Source: Treponema sp. UBA2869
GTDB lineage: Bacteria > Spirochaetota > Spirochaetia > Treponematales > Treponemataceae
Length of the DNA: 32,621 nucleotides
Reading direction: 5' to 3'
Assembly (NCBI GenBank): GCA_002350445.1
Contig: DEEV01000116.1
Coordinates: 5,817 to 38,437 of the forward strand
Shown here one piece after another: positions 26,594 through 32,621 of the stretch. Position 1 is the first letter of the stretch. Every line of letters starts with the position of its first letter. The position numbers and the translations under genes were made by a program. Under the pieces are notes generated by a model. The model searched no databases. It was not told where the DNA came from and was given only the letters and a program-made list of their open reading frames with translations.

Positions 26594-28636
26594 ATGAATT
26601 ATTTTGTAGATTGCGCTGCTAAGGCAGGCGGAGACGGTTCAGAAAAAAAACCTTTTAACAGGATTCAGCTGGCGGCTGATGTTGCAAAAGCCGGGGACGA
26701 AGTTATTGTTGCACCGGGGGTTTACCGCGAAAAAGTTGATCCTAAAAACGGCGGAACTAAGGAAAAACCGATTGTTTACCGTTCGCAAAAAATTCTTGGG
26801 GCACATATTTCCGGAGCAGAAAAGCTTGAAAGCTGGAAAAAGCTCGAAGGTTCAGTTTATACAGCGCGCATTTCGAATAAAATTTTTGGAGACTATAATC
26901 CGTATAAAACACTTGTAAGCGGCGACTGGTTTATTGCCTATTACATTGCACACACGGGCGACGTTTATTTAAACGGAAAATCAATGTACGAAGTGCAGAA
27001 CCTTGAGGAAGTAAAAAAAGGCGAAGTTTCTATTCCTTCCTGGGATCACGAGTTTTCAATTTACAAATGGTTTACAGAACAGGACGAACAGAAAGACGAA
27101 ACTGTTTTTTACGCAAATTTTCAGGACAAAGACCCAAATAAAGAGAATATCGAAATAAGTGTAAGAAACTCCTGCTTTTTCCCGTCACAAAAAGAAATAA
27201 ATTACATTACATTTTCGGGCTTTACAGTTTCGCAGGCGGCAACGCAATGGGCACCACCTACCGCTTTTCAGGAAGGAATAATTGGTCCGCACTGGGCAAA
27301 AGGCTGGATTATAGAAGACTGCGAAGTTTATGAATCAAAATGCTCGGGCATTTCGCTTGGAAAATATCTGCAGCCGGGCGACGACAACAAATGGCTTAAA
27401 ACTAAATACAAGGACGGAACCCAGACTCAACGCGACTGCGTTTGCCGCGCACAGGTTGAAGGCTGGACAAAAGAAAAAATAGGGTCCCACATTGTAAGGC
27501 GCTGTAATATTCACGACTGTGGACAAACCGGAATTGTAGGCCACCTTGGCGGTGCTTTTTCGATTATCGAAGAAAATCACATTCATCACATAAACAATAA
27601 GCAGAATCTGGCGGGCGCAGAAATTGGCGGAATAAAAATGCACGCTGCAATAGACTGCATTTTCAGAAAAAATCACATTCACCATTGTACCCGCGGACTA
27701 TGGCTCGACTGGCAGGCACAGGGCACCCGCGTTACACAAAATCTTTTCCACGACAATGTTTTGCCAAAAGAATACAATCAGAACAAAGAAAGTCTGCCGG
27801 GAAGTGCCGAAGATTTATTTATTGAAGTTTCACACGGACCAACGCTTGTAGACAACAACATTTTCCTTTCGGACAAGGCAGTTAAACTTGCAACACAGGG
27901 CGTTGCACTGGTACACAATCTGATTGCCGGAAGCTTTACTGCAGTTGGCCGCGGCGTAAACAACGGCTCTCCAACACGTGTTTCACCGCGCTACACGCCT
28001 TACCATTTTCCTCATCAGACCGAAGTAAAAGGTTTTATGACAATTCTGCATGGTGACTGTAAATTTTATAACAACATTTTTATTCAGCAGCCTTTGCGTC
28101 CTATGCTTGTGCAGGACATGGAAAATCACAAAAAAGATGAATGGGACGACGCAAACCTTTACGCCGGCACCGCACCTTTTGATTTTTGCCCGACATTCGA
28201 AGAATGGAAAGCACAGTTCGAAGGCTACTGCGGAATGGGCTCCGTTACAACCGACCGCTACTACAGCGAACTTCCGGTTTGGGCCGAAGGAAACGTTTAT
28301 TTAAACGGCGCAAAACCAATGAAAAAAGAAAAGACTTTGTTCTGCGACAATAAAAACAAGGTGACAATTGGCGTTGAAGAAAAAGAAGGAAAAATCTATT
28401 TAAAGACAAACCTTTATGATTTGCTTAAAAACGGCTCAATTCCAGAGGCGGACGCAAAATGCAGGCTTTTAAAAACCGACGACATTGAAATGGCTTTTGA
28501 ACCCGAAGAAAAATACGAAAATCCGGACGGAAGCGCAATCACTTTTGACACGGACTTTTTCGGAAAAAAACGCGGCTCGTCGCCGCTTGCAGGAGCTTTT
28601 TCAGACGGCGAAGAGCTGAAGAATCCGCTTTTTTAG
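26594..28636 (+). CDS. GH120-family beta-xylosidase (right-handed beta-helix protein)
   Basis: GDGS..KPF..IQ.AA..A..GD.V.V.PGVYRE N-terminus; ATQWAPPTAFQEGIIGPHWAKGWIIEDC, GAEIGGIKMHAAID, GLWLDWQAQGTRV, EVSHGPTLVDNN. No signal peptide. Confidence 0.8.
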   Translation: MNYFVDCAAKAGGDGSEKKPFNRIQLAADVAKAGDEVIVAPGVYREKVDPKNGGTKEKPIVYRSQKILGAHISGAEKLESWKKLEGSVYTARISNKIFGDYNPYKTLVSGDWFIAYYIAHTGDVYLNGKSMYEVQNLEEVKKGEVSIPSWDHEFSIYKWFTEQDEQKDETVFYANFQDKDPNKENIEISVRNSCFFPSQKEINYITFSGFTVSQAATQWAPPTAFQEGIIGPHWAKGWIIEDCEVYESKCSGISLGKYLQPGDDNKWLKTKYKDGTQTQRDCVCRAQVEGWTKEKIGSHIVRRCNIHDCGQTGIVGHLGGAFSIIEENHIHHINNKQNLAGAEIGGIKMHAAIDCIFRKNHIHHCTRGLWLDWQAQGTRVTQNLFHDNVLPKEYNQNKESLPGSAEDLFIEVSHGPTLVDNNIFLSDKAVKLATQGVALVHNLIAGSFTAVGRGVNNGSPTRVSPRYTPYHFPHQTEVKGFMTILHGDCKFYNNIFIQQPLRPMLVQDMENHKKDEWDDANLYAGTAPFDFCPTFEEWKAQFEGYCGMGSVTTDRYYSELPVWAEGNVYLNGAKPMKKEKTLFCDNKNKVTIGVEEKEGKIYLKTNLYDLLKNGSIPEADAKCRLLKTDDIEMAFEPEEKYENPDGSAITFDTDFFGKKRGSSPLAGAFSDGEELKNPLF

Positions 28637-28638
28637 CC

Positions 28639-30849
28639 TTAATTCTGACCGGACAGTTCTTTTGCCTTGGCTTCTACAGTCTGGGCAAGTTTTTCTACAT
28701 CATTCTGATTTTCAGTGATGATTCTTACAAAAACAGAACCTGCAACAATTGCTTCTACAGAATCTGCAAGAACCTTTGCCTGATTTCCGTTCGAAATTCC
28801 AAAACCGCCGTAAACCTTGCTGCCACCGGCACTTACCTTATTCAGGAACGAAATTGTTTCGTCACTGATTTTTGTGTCTGTTCCGGTAATTCCGGTTCTA
28901 AGAGCTGCATAAATATATGGGAAACCGGCATTTGCAAGTTTTTCCAAGCGGTCAGCGCTCATAGAAGGTGCCGCAACCGGAATATTAATCATTCCGTATT
29001 TTTTGCAGGAAGCAGTTAAACCTTCGTCATGATCAAAAGGCAGATCAGGAATAATCATACCGCTTACACCGGCTTCTGAAGCCTTTTTGCAGAATTCATC
29101 CACACCGGGAGTATAAACCAGGCTTCCGTAACTCATAAGGTAAATTGCAGTATCTGGAAATTCCTTGTGAATTTGCGCTATGAATTTTAAACCGTCCGCA
29201 GTTTTATAAGAACGTTCCAGAACCTTTGTACATGCAGTTTGAATTGCAGGACCGTCGGCACTTGGATCAGAAAACGGCAGCTGAATTTCAAGAATATCGG
29301 CACCGCCTTTTACAAGCGAACGCGCCGCTGTAAGAGCAAGTTCATTTGTCGGATAGCCTGCAACAAGATGGCTCATCAATTTGATTTTTTTATATCCAGC
29401 ATTTTCAAAGAATTCTTTCATTTTTTCCTCGCTTTTTATTCCTGTACAATTTTCGTTTTCTATTCCACCGGAAACATCAATTAATTCCGGAGCATTTTCT
29501 TTTATAACGTTGCCAACATTCTGCGGATTCAATCCACCGGCCAGCCACGTTCCTTTTTTTTCTGTTTTTGAATCAACCAGGACGCGCAGTTCACCTTTAG
29601 AAACCAGTTTTTCATATTCATCTGCATTTTCAGTTGCAAAATAATGTGGAAGCGACAGCAGATCCGGCGAAACGTTTTCATACGCAATTTTATGAAACTG
29701 AAGTGCATCAAACACGCCGCTTTTTACAAGCTCTGCCGCTTGCTTACTTTCCGGCGAATTTGTATCAACAACAACAGCTATTTTTTTTGCCTTAATTTGC
29801 CCAAGCCCGCACAAAAGCTTTTCCAGACGGTTTTCTTTTGTAACACTTCTTGCAAAAGCATCGGCAAACACAAAACCAACAAACGAAGCACCAAGTTTTT
29901 CTGCAAGAAGCGCATCTTCAAGGCGGGTCAGTCCGCAAATTTTGATTTTTGGATTTAAAGCATTGTCAAAATCATTCAGAGATTCTGCATATTCCTGCCA
30001 GAATTCGGCATTTTTTGTTGTGCCGGCATTCATAAACGAAGCTACAAGACCTTTGCGCAACTCTGGATTTTTTGCAGCCGCTTCGCCAAGTAAAAGCCCA
30101 GAAAAGCCCAGAGAACCGACAACTGAAGCACATTCATAATTTGTAACGCCGCTTTCAAAAACAATTCTGGTTTTCTCGCCTGCAATCTGTTTAATTTTTT
30201 TCATCATCATGCAGGGACGAAGCAAATCAATTTTAAAGTTCGAAAGATCGCGGCTGTTTACGCCAAAAACAAAGTTTTTCAGCGGAAGCTTATTGGCCGC
30301 AGAAAAAACAAAAGCCGTCTTTTTTACGTCTTCATCCGAACGAATTTCAACAAGAGCAGACATTCCAAACTGCGCAACCGCCTTTGCCATTTCCAAAAAT
30401 GTTTGTTCCGGCAAAATGCGCGCAATCAGCAAAACTGCATCTGCACCCGCACGGTAAGCAATTTCAACTTCATCTGCGCTTAAAAGGAAATCTTTGCGCA
30501 AAACAGCAGGTGCCGCACAGCCTGTTTCAGCCTCAAAATCATCTGCAGCACGGCAAACCTTCATTAAATCTTCGAGCGTGCCCTTAAAATAATTTGTCTC
30601 GGTAAGACAGGAAATTGCACGCGCCCCGCATTCCGCATACGAACGAGCAGTTTTATACGAATCAAGATTAGGCGAAATATCTCCTTTGCTCGGAGAAGCC
30701 CGCTTAACCTCCAGAATTACGCCCTTGTCCTTCAAAAAAGGATGAACCTTGCGCACCCGCTTTTCCGGGATTTTAATTCCAAAAGTAAGTCCGCTTGCGG
30801 CAATATCTGCCCGACGCTTTTCAATAATTTGAGTAAGAATATCAGCCAT
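28639..30849 (-). CDS. trpCF-trpA: Triple fusion: indole-3-glycerol-phosphate synthase / phosphoribosylanthranilate isomerase / tryptophan synthase alpha
   Basis: EVKRASPSKG, LRKDF, GVNSRDL, ESG (TrpC); KIKICGLT, WLAGGL, DVSGGIE (TrpF); LMSHLVAGYP, EIQLPFSDPSADGPAIQ, IIPDLP, GFGIS (TrpA). All in one 736-aa frame. Confidence 0.9.
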   Translation of the reverse strand: MADILTQIIEKRRADIAASGLTFGIKIPEKRVRKVHPFLKDKGVILEVKRASPSKGDISPNLDSYKTARSYAECGARAISCLTETNYFKGTLEDLMKVCRAADDFEAETGCAAPAVLRKDFLLSADEVEIAYRAGADAVLLIARILPEQTFLEMAKAVAQFGMSALVEIRSDEDVKKTAFVFSAANKLPLKNFVFGVNSRDLSNFKIDLLRPCMMMKKIKQIAGEKTRIVFESGVTNYECASVVGSLGFSGLLLGEAAAKNPELRKGLVASFMNAGTTKNAEFWQEYAESLNDFDNALNPKIKICGLTRLEDALLAEKLGASFVGFVFADAFARSVTKENRLEKLLCGLGQIKAKKIAVVVDTNSPESKQAAELVKSGVFDALQFHKIAYENVSPDLLSLPHYFATENADEYEKLVSKGELRVLVDSKTEKKGTWLAGGLNPQNVGNVIKENAPELIDVSGGIENENCTGIKSEEKMKEFFENAGYKKIKLMSHLVAGYPTNELALTAARSLVKGGADILEIQLPFSDPSADGPAIQTACTKVLERSYKTADGLKFIAQIHKEFPDTAIYLMSYGSLVYTPGVDEFCKKASEAGVSGMIIPDLPFDHDEGLTASCKKYGMINIPVAAPSMSADRLEKLANAGFPYIYAALRTGITGTDTKISDETISFLNKVSAGGSKVYGGFGISNGNQAKVLADSVEAIVAGSVFVRIITENQNDVEKLAQTVEAKAKELSGQN

Positions 30850-32452
30850 TTAATTCTCCGCTGATTTTCTGAATTTCCTTAAGCTTTGCAAGAGCTTTTC
30901 CAGAATCAATTGCATCCAGAGCCATTGCGTAAGCATCTTTAAGCGTACGTGCCTTTCCGCAAAGATAAAGCACAGCCGCAGTATTTAGTCCAACCGCATA
31001 ACGTATTGTCTTTCTTCCGCCGCCGTTCATAACTTCTATTGCAAGAGCCGCATTGTCTGCGCCGTTTCCGCCCATAAGTTCGTTTTCGTCTGCACCCGTA
31101 ATTCCAAAATTTGCAGGGTCAATTACATACTGATTTTCGTTGCCCTTTTCATCAATCTGATAAACATGAGTCAACGCACACGGAGAAATTTCATCATATC
31201 CGTCGTCAGAATTTACAACCATAACGCGCTTTGCACCAAGCGATTTTGCCGCATGAGCGTAATCTTTAAGCAGCGTCTTTGAATAAACGCCAAGAACCTC
31301 GTATTCTGCGTTTGCAGGGTTCAAAAGAGGACCAAGCACGTTGAAAACCGTTTTAATTCCAAGAGCTTTTCGGATTGGAGCCGCAAAACGCATTGCCGCA
31401 TGATAAACCGGCGCCATCAAAAAGCCAAAACCTGTTTTTTTAATCAGTTCAGCAGTTTTATCCGGCGAAGCCATAATGTTAATTCCAAGATTTTCAAAGA
31501 AATCTGCCGCACCCGACTTAGAAGAAACCGCTCTGTTTCCATGCTTAGCCATTGGCTGACCGCAGCTTGCCGCAACAAGAGCCGACATCGAAGAAATATT
31601 GAATGAACCTTTTCCGTCGCCGCCGGTTCCTACAATTTCTGCAAGACCAATATTTTCCAGCGGAAATGGAGTTTTCTTTTTAAGCATTGCCGACGCCGCA
31701 CCAGACATTTCGTCCGCAGTAGGAAGTCCGCGCGCAGCCATAGCAGTAAGCACAGCCGCCGCAATTTTTTCGTCCATAGAACCTTCGGCAAGCTCGCCAA
31801 TAAAAGCTTCTGTCTGTTCGCGGCTCAAAGGCTTTTTCTCGTCAATCAACTGATTCAAAAGCTTCGAATAAGAAGTATTTTCGCGGCGGTAATTCAAAAA
31901 CGCCTTAAAAAGTTCATCGCCCTTTTCGCTGGCAATACTTTCCGGATGGAACTGAACGCCTTCAACAATCATTGTTTTGTGACGCACGCCCATAATATCG
32001 CCGTCCTTAGCGCGTGCACTAACTTCAAAATCAGGACTTAAAGTTGCTTCGTCAATGACAAGCGAATGATAACGCGTAAAACTGCACTTTGGTCCAACAT
32101 TTCTGAAAATTCCCTTTCCGTCAGTTGTGATTTCTTCTACAATTCCATGACGAATATATTTTGCACCAACAATTTTTGCACAAAAAGCCGCTCCAATTGC
32201 CTGATGTCCAAGACAAATTCCCAAAACCGGCAGTTTTCCCGCAAAATGGCGGATTGCTTCAATAGAAATGCCCGCTTCTTCCGGAGTTCCCGGTCCCGGT
32301 CCAACTACAATGTGGCTTGGTTTTGCCGCTTCAATTTCTGCAACAGTTGCTTCTTCAGAGCGGAAGACCATAACCTTGTCGCCCGAAACCCGCTCCAGGC
32401 TCTGAACAATATTAAAAGTAAAACTATCTTTGTTATCAATAAATGCAATCAT
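30842..32452 (-). CDS. trpGD: Bifunctional anthranilate synthase component II / anthranilate phosphoribosyltransferase
   Basis: IDNKDSFTFN, GPGPG, GICLGHQ, RYHSL, QFHPES, then VGTGGDG, NISS, KHGNRAVSSKSG, FNVLGPLLNP, GYDEIS. Start set at ATG 32452 with AAGGAG RBS. Confidence 0.93.
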   Translation of the reverse strand: MIAFIDNKDSFTFNIVQSLERVSGDKVMVFRSEEATVAEIEAAKPSHIVVGPGPGTPEEAGISIEAIRHFAGKLPVLGICLGHQAIGAAFCAKIVGAKYIRHGIVEEITTDGKGIFRNVGPKCSFTRYHSLVIDEATLSPDFEVSARAKDGDIMGVRHKTMIVEGVQFHPESIASEKGDELFKAFLNYRRENTSYSKLLNQLIDEKKPLSREQTEAFIGELAEGSMDEKIAAAVLTAMAARGLPTADEMSGAASAMLKKKTPFPLENIGLAEIVGTGGDGKGSFNISSMSALVAASCGQPMAKHGNRAVSSKSGAADFFENLGINIMASPDKTAELIKKTGFGFLMAPVYHAAMRFAAPIRKALGIKTVFNVLGPLLNPANAEYEVLGVYSKTLLKDYAHAAKSLGAKRVMVVNSDDGYDEISPCALTHVYQIDEKGNENQYVIDPANFGITGADENELMGGNGADNAALAIEVMNGGGRKTIRYAVGLNTAAVLYLCGKARTLKDAYAMALDAIDSGKALAKLKEIQKISGELNG

Positions 32453-32469
32453 TTTTTTCTCCTTTTGAA

Positions 32470-32621
32470 AGGGGGAAGTCTCCCCCTGCGCGCCCACTTG
32501 CCTAACATCGAAGAACCGTTAAGAAAAATGCAATGCATTTTTTAGGTTCTACGAAAGAACGGCTCGCGAGATTTATCGAGCGCGTTGGTCGCTACCCTCT
32601 CTGCGGGGACACCCCGCAACG
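32470..32621. repeat. GC-rich multi-hairpin intergenic element upstream of trpGD (runs off the window edge)
   Basis: Hairpins AGGGGGA-agtc-TCCCCCT (32470-32487), AGAACC..AAAAATGCA-a-TGCATTTTT..GGTTCT (32512-32550) and TGCGGGG-aca-CCCCGCA (32602-32618). Confidence 0.55.

Noticed and set aside
30842-32452. TrpG-TrpD fusion as a novelty
   Set aside because: A well-known architecture, for example in enterobacteria.
373-32545. Numerous short overlapping or antisense ORFs in the six-frame track (e.g. 11287-11808, 18575-19042, 32066-32545)
   Set aside because: They overlap well-supported genes, lack motifs and RBSs, and have the composition of shadow frames.
32453-32621. Classical trp attenuator or T-box riboswitch
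   Set aside because: No tandem Trp codons, no SD for the uORF and no T-box consensus visible. The element is also cut by the window edge.
1-32621. CRISPR array, tRNA/rRNA, transposase or prophage genes
   Set aside because: No regularly spaced direct repeats, cloverleaf-like segments or mobile-element protein motifs were found by eye.

Overview
AT-rich bacterial DNA. Gene content, lipoprotein signal style and intergenic repeats suggest a gut or rumen Treponema-like spirochaete, but this is inference only. From left to right: (1) two tandem >1000-aa lipoproteins, each apparently built from four FGE-sulfatase/SUMF1 (CLec-fold) modules; (2) a convergent DUF805 membrane protein fused to a beta-propeller-like domain; (3) an ~18-kb minus-strand aryl-polyene(APE)-type type II PKS/FAS cluster in nearly canonical apeB-apeR order (methyltransferase, CLF, acyltransferase, 2 ACPs, membrane protein + AMP ligase, dehydratase, GT2, LpxL-like acyltransferase, LolA-like, MMPL, DUF3261, KS, dehydratase, FabG, FabF). 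The cluster lacks a thioesterase, has a 1-nt frameshift in an apparent membrane-protein/ligase fusion, and is interrupted twice: by an opposite-strand cassette (an unannotated start-less Cys-containing membrane-peptide frame, an Lgt paralogue and DUF975) and by an orphan lipoprotein plus a structured repeat; (4) a GH120-type beta-xylosidase; (5) the end of a trp operon with TrpG-TrpD and an unusual TrpC-TrpF-TrpA triple fusion, with no trpB in view. Three transcription-unit heads look leaderless. No rRNA, tRNA, CRISPR array, transposase or reverse transcriptase was seen.
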